Of a stretch of DNA of 64,000 bases, positions 52,511 to 64,000 are shown piece by piece. The position numbers and the translations under genes were made by a program. Under the pieces are notes generated by a model. That model ran no database searches, was not told the origin of the DNA, and saw nothing but the letters and a program-made list of their open reading frames with translations. Source of the DNA: Hyphomicrobiales bacterium (GTDB lineage Bacteria > Pseudomonadota > Alphaproteobacteria > Rhizobiales > Aestuariivirgaceae); contig JANOXA010000016.1 of the NCBI GenBank assembly GCA_031418195.1, positions 4,594 to 68,593 on the forward strand. The letters run 5' to 3'. The number at the start of each line of letters is the position of its first letter. The stretch's first letter is position 1.

Positions 52511-53965
52511 TCAGTACAACGACTTTGCTGCCGCTTCGGCCAATGTCATCAAGGGCGAGGCGAAAATCACGAAGAGCAATGCAAACGCACCTGACAGATA
52601 AGCCACGGTTTTGACTTCACCATCCATGGCATCGAATGCGGTTTGCGGTTCATCGAAGTAAATCGTCTTGATGATGCGGAGATAATAATAAGCACCGACG
52701 ACACTGGCCATGACGCCGAGAATGGCCAACAACCACAGACCGGATTTAACGGCGGCCATGAAAACAAACAGTTTGCCGAAGAAGCCTGCCAAAGGCGGAA
52801 TGCCAGCCAGTGAAAACATCAACATGGAAATAACAAAGGCAAGGCCTTTGTTGGTGCGGCCAAGCCCTGCAAGATCGCTGATGGTTTCAACCTGTTGGCC
52901 ATTGCGGCGCATGGCGAGTACGCAGGCGAAGACTCCCAGCGTGGTGGAGATGTAGATCAACATGTACATGACAACGCCGCGCACACCGTCTTCGCTGCCT
53001 GCGGCAAGACCGACCAAAGCAAAGCCCATGTGGCCAATGGATGAGTAGGCCAGCAGGCGCTTGATATTGGTTTGACCAATCGCGGCAAAGGCACCGAGCG
53101 CCATGGAGAGAATTGAAATGGTGACAACGATCTGCTGCCAATCATGTACGATGGTGCCAAACGGGCCCACGACTACGCGCATGAACAAGGCCATGGCGGC
53201 CACTTTGGGGGCTGACGCGAAGAAAGCCGTCACGGGTGTTGGGGCACCTTCATAAACGTCGGGCGTCCACATGTGGAAAGGTACTGCCGAGACTTTGAAA
53301 GCGAGGCCTGACAACACAAAGACCAAGCCAAAAATAATACCTAAATTGGATCCGGAGGTTTTCAATGCTGCGGCGATGCCCGCAAATTCGGTTGTTCCGG
53401 TGAAGCCGTAAACCAGCGATGCGCCATACAGCAACATGCCGGATGAGAGCGCACCGAGCACGAAATACTTGAGGCCGGCTTCCGAAGACTTGGCATTGTC
53501 GCGGTTGATGGCGGCAACGACATAGAGCGAGAGGGATTGCAATTCGAGGCCCATGTAGAGCGCGATCAAATCATTGGCCGAGATCATCATCAACATGCCT
53601 ATGGCGGCAAACAGCACGAGGATGGGATATTCAAATCGTGCCATATTTATGCGGACAAGGAAACGGCTTGACAGCAAGATGGCCACAGCAGACCCCAGCA
53701 ATGCCAGGACTTTCATCAGTCGCGCAAAATCATCGAGCACGAAACTGCCGCCGAAACTCAAAACTTTTCCATTGCCGGTTCCCCACCAAACGATGGCAGC
53801 CACGACAACGAGGGTTGCCATCGCGAGGTTTGACACCAGTTTGAAAGCATCCTTGCGGGTGTAAACGCCAACCATCAACAGGGCGGCGGCCATGATGGCC
53901 ATCAAAATTTCCGGCAAGGCGGCCACTGCATCGGCAGGTTGGAGAAGCATGTTCATGGTGTTCAC
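52511..53965 (-). CDS. nuoN: NADH-quinone oxidoreductase subunit N
   Basis: [39 protein letters not shown]. Confidence 0.96.
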   Translation of the reverse strand: MNTMNMLLQPADAVAALPEILMAIMAAALLMVGVYTRKDAFKLVSNLAMATLVVVAAIVWWGTGNGKVLSFGGSFVLDDFARLMKVLALLGSAVAILLSSRFLVRINMARFEYPILVLFAAIGMLMMISANDLIALYMGLELQSLSLYVVAAINRDNAKSSEAGLKYFVLGALSSGMLLYGASLVYGFTGTTEFAGIAAALKTSGSNLGIIFGLVFVLSGLAFKVSAVPFHMWTPDVYEGAPTPVTAFFASAPKVAAMALFMRVVVGPFGTIVHDWQQIVVTISILSMALGAFAAIGQTNIKRLLAYSSIGHMGFALVGLAAGSEDGVRGVVMYMLIYISTTLGVFACVLAMRRNGQQVETISDLAGLGRTNKGLAFVISMLMFSLAGIPPLAGFFGKLFVFMAAVKSGLWLLAILGVMASVVGAYYYLRIIKTIYFDEPQTAFDAMDGEVKTVAYLSGAFALLFVIFASPLMTLAEAAAKSLY

Positions 53966-55476
53966 TTTAGGGCCAGGCTGGTTGCGGCCTCAAGGCCAAG
54001 GGCTTGGGCTGTCTGCATGGTCTTGATCAGGTTTTCGACTGACGCACCGATCACATCCATGATGGGGGCGGGATAAATGCCAAACAGCAGTGTGAGAATG
54101 ACGAGAGGTGCGAGGGTTGCGAATTCACGCAGCGTCATGTCGGGCATCCAGGCGAGCGACGGCTTTTCCATTTTGCCGAAGATCACACGACGATAGAGCC
54201 ACAGGGCATAGCCCGCTGACAGGATCACACCAAAGGTCGCGAAGAAGGCGACCCAGGTGTTGTTCTGGAAGGTGCCAAGCAAGGTGAGGAATTCGCCGAC
54301 GAAACCTGATGTCCCAGGCAAGCCGACATTGGCCATGGTGAACAGCATGAAGACAGCAGCATAGATAGGCATACGGTTGACGAGGCCACCGTAGGCGGCG
54401 ATCTCACGGGTGTGCATGCGGTCGTAAACCACGCCGACACAGAGGAAGAGTGCGCCGGACACCAGACCGTGGCTGATCATCTGGAAGACGGCACCATCAA
54501 TGCCCTGGCGTGTCATGGAAAAAATGCCCATGGTGACAAAGCCCATGTGGGCGACGGATGAATAGGCGATGAGCTTTTTCATGTCTTCCTGCATCAGCGC
54601 CACCAGCGAAGTATAGACAATGGCGACGACCGAGAGAACATAGACGAAGTTCTGGAAATACAGCGAGGCATCCGGGAACATCGGCAGCGAAAAACGCAAG
54701 AAACCATAGCCACCCATTTTCAACAGGATGGCAGCGAGGATGACGGAACCGGCTGTTGGCGCTTCGACGTGGGCATCGGGCAACCAGGTGTGGACGGGCC
54801 ACATCGGCATTTTCACGGCAAAGGAGGCGAAGAAGGCCAGCCAGAGCCAGGTTTGCATTTCCGCCGGGAATTTTCCGGGTGTCAGCAATTCGACGATGTC
54901 AGTTGTGCCCGCATGCCAATACATGGCGATGATGGCGAGCAGCATGAGCACCGAACCCATCAACGTGTAGAGAAAGAATTTGAATGAGGCATAAACGCGG
55001 CGTGGCCCGCCCCAGATTCCTATAATGAGGAACATGGGGATAAGGCCTGCTTCGAAGAAGACGTAGAACAACACGAGATCAAGTGCGCAGAACACACCGA
55101 TCATCAGACATTCCAAGACGAGGAAGGCGATCATGTATTCCTTGACGCGCTTGTCGACATACCATGAGGCCAGAATACATATCGGCATCAAAAAAGTTGT
55201 GAGCAAGATAAGCGGCATGGAAATGCCATCAACGCCCATCTTGTAGTTGGCGATAGAACCCATCCAACTGTGGCTTTCAACCAACTGGAAACCCGCTTCG
55301 GCATTGACGAAATTCAAGGGGATGAGCAACGAGACGAGGAATGTTACGATGGTGGTCCAGAGGGCTGCATAGCGGGCGTAGCGCGTGGCAGCGGCGTCTT
55401 CGCCCTTGGCCAAAAGAATAGCCAGAACGCCGACGAGCGGCAGAAAAGTAACTACAGAAAGCACAGGCCAATTCAT
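53962..55476 (-). CDS. nuoM: NADH-quinone oxidoreductase subunit M
   Basis: [41 protein letters not shown]. Confidence 0.97.
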   Translation of the reverse strand: MNWPVLSVVTFLPLVGVLAILLAKGEDAAATRYARYAALWTTIVTFLVSLLIPLNFVNAEAGFQLVESHSWMGSIANYKMGVDGISMPLILLTTFLMPICILASWYVDKRVKEYMIAFLVLECLMIGVFCALDLVLFYVFFEAGLIPMFLIIGIWGGPRRVYASFKFFLYTLMGSVLMLLAIIAMYWHAGTTDIVELLTPGKFPAEMQTWLWLAFFASFAVKMPMWPVHTWLPDAHVEAPTAGSVILAAILLKMGGYGFLRFSLPMFPDASLYFQNFVYVLSVVAIVYTSLVALMQEDMKKLIAYSSVAHMGFVTMGIFSMTRQGIDGAVFQMISHGLVSGALFLCVGVVYDRMHTREIAAYGGLVNRMPIYAAVFMLFTMANVGLPGTSGFVGEFLTLLGTFQNNTWVAFFATFGVILSAGYALWLYRRVIFGKMEKPSLAWMPDMTLREFATLAPLVILTLLFGIYPAPIMDVIGASVENLIKTMQTAQALGLEAATSLALK

Positions 55477-57524
55477 CAGTGCGTGCCCCCAAATGAAAAC
55501 CAGGAAATGAAGGCGGCAATGCCAATCAACATGACAAAAGCATAGTGATAGAGATAGCCGGTTTGCAGGCGAACCACCTGCCCGGTAATGTCGCCGACGC
55601 GGGCCGAGATGCCGTCAGGTCCCAAACCATCGATGACCACACCGTCACCTTTTTTCCAAAGGAAGTTACCCAACCATTTAGCCGGGCGCACGAAGAGGAA
55701 GTCATAGAGTTCGTCAAAGTACCATTTGTTGAGCAGGAATTGATAGATCGGTTGGTGCATGGCGGCAAGGCGTTTGGGCAATTCGGTATTGCGAATGTAA
55801 AACAGGTAAGCCAGCGCAAAGCCCAGCGCCATGGCCACGAAGGGCGAATATTTCACCCATTCCGGCGCTTCATGCATCTTGTGCAACAATTCGTTTTCAG
55901 GCGAACGCGGGATTGATGCGCCCCAGAAAATTGCTTCATCATGACCAATGAAATAGGGGGCGAAAAGGATACCTGCAACCAATGCGCCAAGCGCCAGAAT
56001 ATACAGCGGCACCAACATGACTTGTCCGCTTTCATGAACATGCTCCATGGTGTGATGGTCAGCGCGTGACTTGCCGTTGAAGGTCATGAAGGCCAGACGC
56101 CATGAATAGAATGACGTGCAGAAAGCGGCGATGACCAGCAAGCCAAAGGCCAGAATGCCGGGGCCAGCGTTGGACATGTAGGCGCTTTCGATAATTGCAT
56201 CCTTGGAGAAATAGCCGGCCGTCAGCGGAAAGCCGGTCAAGGCCAGTGTACCGATGATCATCATGGCCCAGGTCACGCGGATATGTGGCGCAAGGCCGCC
56301 CATTTTACGCATGTCCTGTTCGCCCGACATGGCATGAATGACGGAACCAGCACCAAGGAATAACAGGGCCTTGAAGAAGGCATGGGTGAAGAGATGGAAT
56401 ATTGCGATGCCATAACCGCCCGCTCCCAAGGCCACAAACATGTAACCCAATTGCGAACAGGTCGAATAGGCGATGACCCGCTTGATGTCGTTCTGCACGA
56501 GGCCGACGGTGGCGGCGAAGAATGCGGTGATTGCACCAACAAACATCACAACGTCGCGGGCGGCGGGGGCAAGTTCAAATAGCGGCGACATGCGGGCCAC
56601 GAGGAATACACCTGCCGTGACCATGGTGGCCGCATGGATGAGCGCCGATACGGGTGTTGGGCCTTCCATGGCGTCGGGCAACCAGGTGTGCAGCAGGAAT
56701 TGCGCCGACTTGCCCATGGCTCCCATGAACAGCAGCAGGCAGAGCGTGGTGAGCGTATCAAACTCCCAACTGAGGAAGTGTATTGGTTTTCCGGCAACGG
56801 CACCCGCGCCATCAAAGATGGTTTTGAATTCCACCGATTGGAAAACCAAAAAGCAACCAAAGATACCAAGGGCAAAACCGAAATCGCCAACGCGGTTGAC
56901 GACGAAGGCCTTGATGGCGGCGGCATTGGCGGCTGGTTTTTTATACCAGAAACCGATGAGCAGATAAGACGCCAGGCCCACCCCTTCCCAACCGAAAAAC
57001 ATCTGGATCAGATTATCACTGGTGACCAACAACAGCATGGCGAAAGTGAAGAGCGAGAGATAGGCGAAGAAGCGGGGTTGGTGTTCGTCGTGGCTCATGT
57101 AACCCAAGGAGTAAACATGCACGAGGGCCGAGACGGTGTTGACAACAACCAGCATCACTGAGGTGAGCGTGTCTATTTTCAGGGTCCAATTGGCTTGCAG
57201 GGCACCGGAAGAAATCCAGCGCAGAACCTGAATGGTTTCATCCTTGGCTTCATGGGGGGCACGGATGATGCCAATGAAATGCACCCAGGACAGAATTGCC
57301 GAAATAATCAAAAACGCCGTGGTGAGATACATGGGCCACATCGGGCCGCGGTAGTGACCACTGTGGTCATCATGGCCGTGACCATGGTCAGCGTGAGCCG
57401 CATGTGCATCTTGATGGCCACCATAGACTTCGGCATCTTTGCCAAAGGCTCTGAACAGCGCCGTGCCGCCGAGCCCTGCAATCAGGGCTCCGAGCAGTGG
57501 AAGAAAGACGATTGCCTGATACAT
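55476..57524 (-). CDS. nuoL: NADH-quinone oxidoreductase subunit L
   Basis: [39 protein letters not shown]. Confidence 0.97.
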   Translation of the reverse strand: MYQAIVFLPLLGALIAGLGGTALFRAFGKDAEVYGGHQDAHAAHADHGHGHDDHSGHYRGPMWPMYLTTAFLIISAILSWVHFIGIIRAPHEAKDETIQVLRWISSGALQANWTLKIDTLTSVMLVVVNTVSALVHVYSLGYMSHDEHQPRFFAYLSLFTFAMLLLVTSDNLIQMFFGWEGVGLASYLLIGFWYKKPAANAAAIKAFVVNRVGDFGFALGIFGCFLVFQSVEFKTIFDGAGAVAGKPIHFLSWEFDTLTTLCLLLFMGAMGKSAQFLLHTWLPDAMEGPTPVSALIHAATMVTAGVFLVARMSPLFELAPAARDVVMFVGAITAFFAATVGLVQNDIKRVIAYSTCSQLGYMFVALGAGGYGIAIFHLFTHAFFKALLFLGAGSVIHAMSGEQDMRKMGGLAPHIRVTWAMMIIGTLALTGFPLTAGYFSKDAIIESAYMSNAGPGILAFGLLVIAAFCTSFYSWRLAFMTFNGKSRADHHTMEHVHESGQVMLVPLYILALGALVAGILFAPYFIGHDEAIFWGASIPRSPENELLHKMHEAPEWVKYSPFVAMALGFALAYLFYIRNTELPKRLAAMHQPIYQFLLNKWYFDELYDFLFVRPAKWLGNFLWKKGDGVVIDGLGPDGISARVGDITGQVVRLQTGYLYHYAFVMLIGIAAFISWFSFGGTH

Positions 57525-57534
57525 GATGCTTTCG

Positions 57535-57840
57535 TCAGCCCTTCATGATGTTGATGTCTTCCACTTCAATCGTGCCACGATTGCGGAAGTAGGTTACGAG
57601 AATGGCAAGGCCAATAGCGGCTTCGCCAGCTGCCACGGTGAGAACCAGAAGCGCAAAGACCTGGCCCACCATGTCATGCAAGGAGGTAGAGAAGGCCACT
57701 AGGTTTATGTTCACCGCCAGCAGCATGAGCTCAATCGACATCATGATGACGATGACGTTTTTGCGGTTGAGGAAAATGCCGAAAATGCCGATGGTGAAGA
57801 GGATGGCAGCGACGGTGAGATAATGTGAAAGGCCGATCAT
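57535..57840 (-). CDS. nuoK: NADH-quinone oxidoreductase subunit K
   Basis: Start ATG 57840 MIGLSHYL; [21 protein letters not shown]; [11 protein letters not shown]. Confidence 0.96.
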   Translation of the reverse strand: MIGLSHYLTVAAILFTIGIFGIFLNRKNVIVIMMSIELMLLAVNINLVAFSTSLHDMVGQVFALLVLTVAAGEAAIGLAILVTYFRNRGTIEVEDINIMKG

Positions 57841-57910
57841 AGTGAGGTTCCTTGTGCGAACTGCACTTGACGACCCTTCGAGGCCGAACAAATGGATTTC
57901 ATCATCATGC

Positions 57911-58522
57911 TCATATCCCCTGCCCCGGTTCAACTTTGCGGATTTCCATGGCGGTTGCTGGCGTTCTTGCCACTTGCTCGGCAATGTTCTGGCGTTTGAT
58001 GCCTGGTTTGTGGCGCAAAGTTAGAACGATGGCACCGATCATGGCGACCAGCAGAATGAGCCCCGCAGCCTCAAAGAAATAGACATATTTGGTGTAGAGG
58101 ATTTCGCCGATGGCTTGGGTGTTGGTGATGGTTGTTGGCATGGGGGCCGCTGTTTTGATCGTCTCTGGAGCCAGTGACCAAGTGCCCAGAACCATGGCGA
58201 GTTCGGCCAACACGATCAATCCAATGACGCCGCCAATTGGCAGATAGCTGGCCATGCCTTCACGCAGTTTCACAAAATCCACATCGAGCATCATGACGAC
58301 GAAGAGGAAGAGCACGGCGACTGCGCCGACGTAAACCACCACCAAAATCATGGCGAGGAATTCGGCCCCCATCAGGATGAAAAGTCCTGCGGCGTTGAAG
58401 AAACACAAGATCAGGAACAACACCGAATGCACGGGATTGCGCGACAGGATGACCATCATCGCCGAGGCAATGGCGAGAAGGGCAAAGAGATAGAAGAAGA
58501 ATGTTACGACCATGCTTGTCAC
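57911..58522 (-). CDS. nuoJ: NADH-quinone oxidoreductase subunit J
   Basis: [28 protein letters not shown]. Confidence 0.96.
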   Translation of the reverse strand: MTSMVVTFFFYLFALLAIASAMMVILSRNPVHSVLFLILCFFNAAGLFILMGAEFLAMILVVVYVGAVAVLFLFVVMMLDVDFVKLREGMASYLPIGGVIGLIVLAELAMVLGTWSLAPETIKTAAPMPTTITNTQAIGEILYTKYVYFFEAAGLILLVAMIGAIVLTLRHKPGIKRQNIAEQVARTPATAMEIRKVEPGQGI

Positions 58523-59007
58523 CGGTAGGGAGAGTCGAGGGCGATGTTGCGCGCAATTTCAAGTTCCCAACGGTCACCATTGGAGAGCAGCTTTTCCTTG
58601 TTGAACAACAGCTCTTCGCGGGTTTCCGTGGCGTATTCAAAGTTCGGACCTTCGACGATAGCATCCACCGGGCAGGCTTCCTGGCAGAAGCCGCAGTAGA
58701 TACATTTCACCATGTCGATGTCATAGCGCGTGGTTCGCCTTGTGCCATCATTGCGGCGCGGGCCTGCTTCAATGGTGATGGCTTGGGCCGGGCAAATGGC
58801 TTCGCAAAGCTTGCAGGCAATGCAGCGTTCTTCGCCATTGGGATAACGGCGCAAGGCGTGTTCGCCGCGGAAGCGCGGGGAAAGTTGGCCCTTCTCGTGG
58901 GGGTAGTTGATCGTAGCTTTGGGTGAAACCATATATTTCAAGGCAAGCCAGGTGGCTGAAAGAAATTCCTTCAGGAACAGCGAGCGGGCGGCGGTGGAAA
59001 GATTCAT
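58519..59007 (-). CDS. nuoI: NADH-quinone oxidoreductase subunit I
   Basis: Start ATG 59007; [12 protein letters not shown] and [12 protein letters not shown]. Confidence 0.97.
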   Translation of the reverse strand: MNLSTAARSLFLKEFLSATWLALKYMVSPKATINYPHEKGQLSPRFRGEHALRRYPNGEERCIACKLCEAICPAQAITIEAGPRRNDGTRRTTRYDIDMVKCIYCGFCQEACPVDAIVEGPNFEYATETREELLFNKEKLLSNGDRWELEIARNIALDSPYR

Positions 59008-60041
59008 GACGGCAACCATCCAAAAGTAACAAGGACACCAGCGGTGATGACCACCCAAGCCAGTGAGATAGGCAAAAATACTTTCCAGCCCAAACGCATC
59101 AACTGGTCGTAGCGATAGCGCGGCACGATGGCTTTTGTCAGGGCGAAGCCGAAGAACACCAAGACGGTTTTCAGCATGAACCAGATGACGCCCGGAATCC
59201 AATTCAACACGGCAATATCGATGATCGGCAACCAGCCGCCAAGAAACAGGATCGACGTCATCGCGCACATAAGTGTGATGGCCACGTATTCGCCGAGCAT
59301 GAACAGCAGATAGGGCGTGGAAGAATATTCCACCATGTGCCCGGCGACGAGCTCAGATTCTGCTTCAACCAGATCAAAGGGAGGGCGATTGGTTTCAGCC
59401 AATGCTGAGATGAAGAAGATCACGAACATCGGGAACAGCGGGATGAAATACCAATCGAGGAAGGAATTAGGCAGCCCCAGCATGGTGCCAAGGCCGGTCT
59501 TTTGCGAGAGCACGATATCCGAGAGGTTAAGGGAACCAACGCAGAGCAACACGGTGATGATGACAAAGCCAATCGAGACTTCGTAGGACACCATTTGTGC
59601 AGCGGACCGCAAGGCGGCGAGGAACGGATATTTCGAGTTCGAAGCCCAGCCGCCCATGATGATGCCGTAGACACCGAGCGAGGAAAGCGCGAAGAGATAG
59701 AGAATGCCGACGTTGATATCGGCAACCGACCAACCTTCATTGACAGGCACCACAGCCCAGGCGGACAGTGCCAGAACGGCAGTGACCATGGGGGCGAGCA
59801 CAAACACACCTTTGTTGGCGCTATCGGGAATGATGACTTCCTTGAAGACGAATTTCAAAAGATCGGCGAATGATTGCAGCATGCCCCAAGGGCCAACGAC
59901 ATTCGGTCCCCGACGCATCTGCACGGCGGCCCAGACTTTGCGATCGAAATAAATCAGGAAGGACACGCAGATCAGCAGGGCCGTGATCAAAGCCACGCTT
60001 TGCAGTACGATGAGAGCGATGAGGGTTGCGATTTCGATCAT
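59004..60041 (-). CDS. nuoH: NADH-quinone oxidoreductase subunit H
   Basis: [38 protein letters not shown]. Confidence 0.97.
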   Translation of the reverse strand: MIEIATLIALIVLQSVALITALLICVSFLIYFDRKVWAAVQMRRGPNVVGPWGMLQSFADLLKFVFKEVIIPDSANKGVFVLAPMVTAVLALSAWAVVPVNEGWSVADINVGILYLFALSSLGVYGIIMGGWASNSKYPFLAALRSAAQMVSYEVSIGFVIITVLLCVGSLNLSDIVLSQKTGLGTMLGLPNSFLDWYFIPLFPMFVIFFISALAETNRPPFDLVEAESELVAGHMVEYSSTPYLLFMLGEYVAITLMCAMTSILFLGGWLPIIDIAVLNWIPGVIWFMLKTVLVFFGFALTKAIVPRYRYDQLMRLGWKVFLPISLAWVVITAGVLVTFGWLPS

Positions 60042-60042
60042 G

Positions 60043-62121
60043 TCATTCTGCCGCCTGCCGACTTGCGCTGTTTTTCAACGCTGAACAATCGCCCATGATA
60101 CGCGAGGCGCGGGCGATGGGGTTGGTCATGTAGAAATCCGTGATGGGCGATGCGAAGGCCATGCGCGACGTTTCGCCTTCACCTTTGCCCAGCTCGGACA
60201 ATGCAGCGGCATCAGCGGTGTGAATTTGATCGATATGGGCCAGTTGTGGCGCAATGGTGTACATCGCGTTGCGAAGACCATCGAGTGTTGTCCAGGCAGG
60301 AGCCGCGCCCGCCATTTCTGCCAAGTTGCGTAATATAGCCCAATCATCACGCGCATCTCCCGGCGGGAAAGAAGCCCGGGCCGTCATTTGCGGGCGGCCT
60401 TCGGTGTTGACATAGGTTGCGGATTTTTCGGTGTAGGCGGCACCCGGCAAAATCACATCGGCGCGGTGGGCTCCAGCATCGCCGTGGGTGCCGAGATAGA
60501 CGACGAAAGTGGATCCCAGTTCCTTGGTGTTGATTTCGTCTGCACCTGCAAGGAACAACAAATCCAGCTGGCCCTTCGTTGCAGCCGACAACATCGCGGT
60601 GGTGTTCATGCCGCCATCGCCGGGAAGGGCGCAAACATCAAGTGCGCCGACGCGCCCTGCGGCTGTGTGCAAAATATTGAAACCATTCCAACCTTCTTTG
60701 ACAACGCCCATGGCGGCGGCGGCCTTCGCAACCTTGGCTAACACAGCTGCACCATCGGCGCGGGCGAGTGCGCCCTGCCCGACGATGAGCATGGGCTTCT
60801 GTTTCGAAACGGCGGCATGGTTGACGAATTGGTCAAGACTGTCAGGACCGGCACCGAGATAATTGTAGTTATAGGTGAGATCGGCCTTTTCGCCGACAAC
60901 ACCAATCAAGCAGCCGCCTTTCAGGGAGCGCTTGCGAATGCGGGCATTGAGCACCGGCGCTTCAAGCCGTGGATTGCAGCCGATGAGCATAATGGCGTCA
61001 GCCTGTTCAATGCCTGCGATGGTGGAATTGAAAAGATAGCCCGCCCGGCCGCCGTGTTCGCCCAAGGGTGTGCCATCCTGGCGACAATCTACGTTGTTGA
61101 TTCCAAGCTGCATGGCGAGGGACTTGATGGCGAAAGCTTCTTCTGCAGAAATCAGATCACCGAGGATGAAGCCGACGCGTTCCGGTTTTGCGGCTTTGAA
61201 TTTCTTGGCCACATGGCCGAGTGCTTCTTCCCATGAAGCGGGGCGCAGCTTGCCCATTTCTCTGACATAAGGTTGATCGAGTCGTTGGGTTTTCAGGCCA
61301 TCCCAGACAAAGCGGGTCTTGTCGGAAATCCATTCCTCGTTGACGTCTTCATGGGTTCGCGGCAGAATGCGCATGACTTCACGGCCACGGGCATCGACAC
61401 GAATGTTTGATCCCACTGCATCCATCACATCGATGGTTTCGGTTTTGCGCAGTTCCCAGGGACGCGCCTTGAATTCATAGGGCTTCGAGGTCAATGCGCC
61501 GACGGGGCAAAGATCAATAATATTGCCTTGCAGTTCCGAGGTAATAATTTGATCAAGATAAGTGGTGATTTCGACGTCTTCGCCACGGCCAGTCAAACCC
61601 ATGTCGTTGATGCCCGCAACTTCCGTGGTGAAACGCACACAACGGGTGCATTGAATGCAGCGGGTCATTTCGGTTTTGACGAGCGGGCCAAAATCCTTGT
61701 CTTCCACGGCGCGCTTGTTTTCATGGAAACGATTGGCGGATTTGCCGAAGGCCACGGCCTGATCCTGCAAATCACATTCGCCGCCCTGGTCGCACACCGG
61801 GCAATCCAGCGGGTGGTTGATGAGCAGGAATTCCATCACACCTTCGCGGGCCTTCTTGACCATGGGCGTGTTGGTGAACACTTCTGGCGCTTCGCCATTA
61901 GGGCCGGGGCGCAGGTCGTTCACTGACATGGCACAGGAAGCTTGTGGCTTTGGCGGGCCGCCCTTCACTTCAACAAGACACATGCGGCAGTTGCCCGCAA
62001 TCGACAAACGTTCATGATAGCAAAAGCGCGGCACATCCTTGCCCATTTGTTCGCAGGCCTGCAACAGTGTCAAACCGTTTTCAAATTCACCCTCAACGCC
62101 GTCAATTTTGATCTTTGGCAT
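60043..62121 (-). CDS. nuoG: NADH-quinone oxidoreductase subunit G
   Basis: [43 protein letters not shown]. Confidence 0.97.
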   Translation of the reverse strand: MPKIKIDGVEGEFENGLTLLQACEQMGKDVPRFCYHERLSIAGNCRMCLVEVKGGPPKPQASCAMSVNDLRPGPNGEAPEVFTNTPMVKKAREGVMEFLLINHPLDCPVCDQGGECDLQDQAVAFGKSANRFHENKRAVEDKDFGPLVKTEMTRCIQCTRCVRFTTEVAGINDMGLTGRGEDVEITTYLDQIITSELQGNIIDLCPVGALTSKPYEFKARPWELRKTETIDVMDAVGSNIRVDARGREVMRILPRTHEDVNEEWISDKTRFVWDGLKTQRLDQPYVREMGKLRPASWEEALGHVAKKFKAAKPERVGFILGDLISAEEAFAIKSLAMQLGINNVDCRQDGTPLGEHGGRAGYLFNSTIAGIEQADAIMLIGCNPRLEAPVLNARIRKRSLKGGCLIGVVGEKADLTYNYNYLGAGPDSLDQFVNHAAVSKQKPMLIVGQGALARADGAAVLAKVAKAAAAMGVVKEGWNGFNILHTAAGRVGALDVCALPGDGGMNTTAMLSAATKGQLDLLFLAGADEINTKELGSTFVVYLGTHGDAGAHRADVILPGAAYTEKSATYVNTEGRPQMTARASFPPGDARDDWAILRNLAEMAGAAPAWTTLDGLRNAMYTIAPQLAHIDQIHTADAAALSELGKGEGETSRMAFASPITDFYMTNPIARASRIMGDCSALKNSASRQAAE

Positions 62122-62158
62122 GATTTATTCCATTCCCATCAGAGCGAATGTGCGCAAA

Positions 62159-62269
62159 CACCCCCTCCCCCCTTCGGGGTACTCCCCCGGCCAAGTGGCC
62201 GAGGAAGAATAAATTTCTTTCTCCCTCGGCCACTTGGCCGGGGGAGTACGGCGAAGCCGGGAGGGGGTG
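62159..62269. repeat. Long palindromic element inside the nuo operon
   Basis: Perfect 26-bp inverted repeat (62179-62204 / 62224-62249) plus outer caccccctccc / gggagggggtg arms. Confidence 0.8.
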
Positions 62270-62294
62270 CCAGTCACAATCGCGAATGAAGCCA

Positions 62295-62750
62295 TCACGC
62301 ACACCTCAAGGAACGCATGCGCTCCACATTCATGACTTCAGCCCATCCGAATGCAAATTCGGACGCACCGTTTTTTTTACAATTTTGCAAACGAGTGTAA
62401 GCCTCGTCGAGGGTGGGCTGATGGCCCTCATCCACATGCCAAAACACCATGTGCGGCTTTTCCATTAGGTCGAACCATTCTTGTTTGCGCTTGTAGAATT
62501 GCGCATGCACCGTGTTGAACACATAATTTTCAAGCGACTTGGCATCGGTCCACACTGACAGGTTCACAGCCATGTCGTCACCGACACGAAAATCCGTGGC
62601 GTTGTTGTTGTCGCCCTTCAAGCGCCAGACAAAACCCTCCGAACGTTCCGCAAGGGCATTCACACGATCCAGATTGTCCATGAACCCAGCCATGCGCAGA
62701 TCGGTGGTTGGATGCTTGAACTTGCCAATGTTGAGCTCAGCGAGGTGCAT
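62295..62750 (-). CDS. DUF3291 domain protein
   Basis: Start ATG 62750 MHLAELNIG; FMDNLDRVNALAERSEGFVWRL...VNLSVW...WFD...LWHV. Confidence 0.85.
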   Translation of the reverse strand: MHLAELNIGKFKHPTTDLRMAGFMDNLDRVNALAERSEGFVWRLKGDNNNATDFRVGDDMAVNLSVWTDAKSLENYVFNTVHAQFYKRKQEWFDLMEKPHMVFWHVDEGHQPTLDEAYTRLQNCKKNGASEFAFGWAEVMNVERMRSLRCA

Positions 62751-62754
62751 CAAT

Positions 62755-64000
62755 TCACTCCGCGGCCTGACGGATTGCGCCGTCGGAATCTGAGCGGAAG
62801 GAATAGTCGTCAATGCGCTTTTCGAGGACTGGGCGGAAGTGGTTGATCAGGCCCTGGATGGGCCAGGCCGCGGCGTCGCCCAGGGCGCAAATGGTGTGGC
62901 CTTCGATTTGTTTTGTGACATCAAACAACATGTCGATTTCGCGTTTTTCGGCGCGGCCTTCGGCCATGCGGGTGAGCACGCGCCACATCCAGCCGGTGCC
63001 TTCGCGGCAGGGTGTGCACTGGCCGCAGGACTCGTGCTTATAAAAGTATGCGAGACGGGCGATGGTGCGGATCAGGTCGGTGGATTTATCCATGACGATG
63101 ACGGCTGCCGTGCCGAGGCCCGACTTCAATTTCGACAGCGAATCAAAATCCATCGGCGTGTCGATGATTTGTTCAGCAGGCACCATGCGGACGGATGAAC
63201 CGCCGGGGATGACAGCCAGCAAATTGTCCCAACCGCCGCGTATGCCGCCTGCGTGTTTGTCGATCAGTTCACGGAACGGAATGCCCATGGCTTCTTCGAC
63301 GTTGCAAGGCTTGTTCACATGGCCTGAAATGCAGAACAGTTTGGTGCCGACATTGTTGGGATTGCCGATGGCATTAAACCACGCGGCACCGCGCCGCAGG
63401 ATTGTTCCAGCCACTGCGATAGATTCGACGTTGTTTACCGTCGTCGGTGCGCCATAGAGGCCCACGTTGGCGGGGAACGGCGGCTTCATCCGGGGCTGGC
63501 CTTTTTTGCCTTCCAGACTTTCCAGCATGGCGGTTTCTTCGCCGCAAATATAGGCGCCAGCACCGTGGTGCACGTAGAGGTCAAAGTCCCAGCCGTGAAT
63601 GTTGTTCTTGCCAATCAGCCGCGTTTCATAGGCCTGGTCGATGGCGGCTTGCAGGTGTTCACGTTCGCGGATGTATTCGCCGCGCACATAAATGTAGCCG
63701 ACGTTACAGGCCATGGCCATGGCAGCGAGCAGGCAGCCTTCAACCAGCAAATGCGGGTCGTGCCGCATGATCTCACGGTCTTTGCAGGTGCCGGGTTCGG
63801 ATTCGTCTGCATTCACCACGAGGTAATGCGGGCGCTCACCCACCACCTTGGGCATGAAGGACCATTTGAGACCCGTCGGGAAGCCGGCACCGCCACGACC
63901 GCGCAGACCCGAGGCTTTCACCTCATTGACAATCCAGTCTCTGCCCTTGTCGATGAAGGACTTGGTATCCAGCCACGCGCCGCGTTGCTTGGCACCCTCA
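62755..64000 (-). CDS. nuoF: NADH-quinone oxidoreductase subunit F (5' end outside the window)
   Basis: [42 protein letters not shown]...CALGDA; frame open to the window edge. Confidence 0.97.
   Translation of the reverse strand, partial: EGAKQRGAWLDTKSFIDKGRDWIVNEVKASGLRGRGGAGFPTGLKWSFMPKVVGERPHYLVVNADESEPGTCKDREIMRHDPHLLVEGCLLAAMAMACNVGYIYVRGEYIREREHLQAAIDQAYETRLIGKNNIHGWDFDLYVHHGAGAYICGEETAMLESLEGKKGQPRMKPPFPANVGLYGAPTTVNNVESIAVAGTILRRGAAWFNAIGNPNNVGTKLFCISGHVNKPCNVEEAMGIPFRELIDKHAGGIRGGWDNLLAVIPGGSSVRMVPAEQIIDTPMDFDSLSKLKSGLGTAAVIVMDKSTDLIRTIARLAYFYKHESCGQCTPCREGTGWMWRVLTRMAEGRAEKREIDMLFDVTKQIEGHTICALGDAAAWPIQGLINHFRPVLEKRIDDYSFRSDSDGAIRQAAE

Noticed and set aside
57350-57425. His-rich stretch in NuoL ([21 protein letters not shown])
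   Set aside because: His-rich loops are common in Rhizobiales NuoL; not novel
57841-57984. 149-aa N-terminally extended NuoK in the ORF track
   Set aside because: The extension overlaps nuoJ in another frame; the canonical NuoK start MIGLSHYL is at 57840
59008-59268. 249-aa extended NuoI
   Set aside because: The extension is an alternative frame of nuoH; the real start at 59007 overlaps the nuoH stop (ATGA)

Overview
Chromosomal window from a high-GC alphaproteobacterium. Gene order (ldtR-ldtP-glyA-nrdR...nusB, nuoF-N-birA-rnj-parC) and CtrA boxes point to Hyphomicrobiales/Rhizobiales; this is inferred from gene content, not from a database hit. Core genes: M20 peptidase (partial), SLC13 transporter + USP, mrp, a PleC/DivJ-like kinase, M32 carboxypeptidase, hppA, nusB, nrdR, glyA, ldtP/ldtR, hemB, bpt/ate, parC, rnj, birA and nuoF(partial)-nuoN. 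There are three accessory zones. (1) 8.6-16.1 kb holds a toxin-antitoxin hotspot (brnTA, vapBC, a yoeB relic, higBA). Next to it is a 3.76-kb integrase-less insert bracketed by two diverged, indel-free copies of the last 562 bp of hppA. The insert carries an 849-aa STAND-like NTPase with a degenerate Walker A and an unannotated 45-aa Cys-rich ORF. (2) 19.2-28.5 kb holds three RTX-like secreted proteins that share a homogenised C-terminal module, with a LuxR-type regulator embedded. (3) 30.3-35.0 kb lies between nrdR and nusB, where ribD-ribE-ribH normally sit. Those genes are absent, and the slot holds an FMN-riboswitch-controlled RibN-like importer, a secreted tandem-repeat peptide gene, an OM beta-barrel, a DUF1906 hydrolase and another TA pair. 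No rRNA, tRNA, CRISPR array, integrase or IS was seen.
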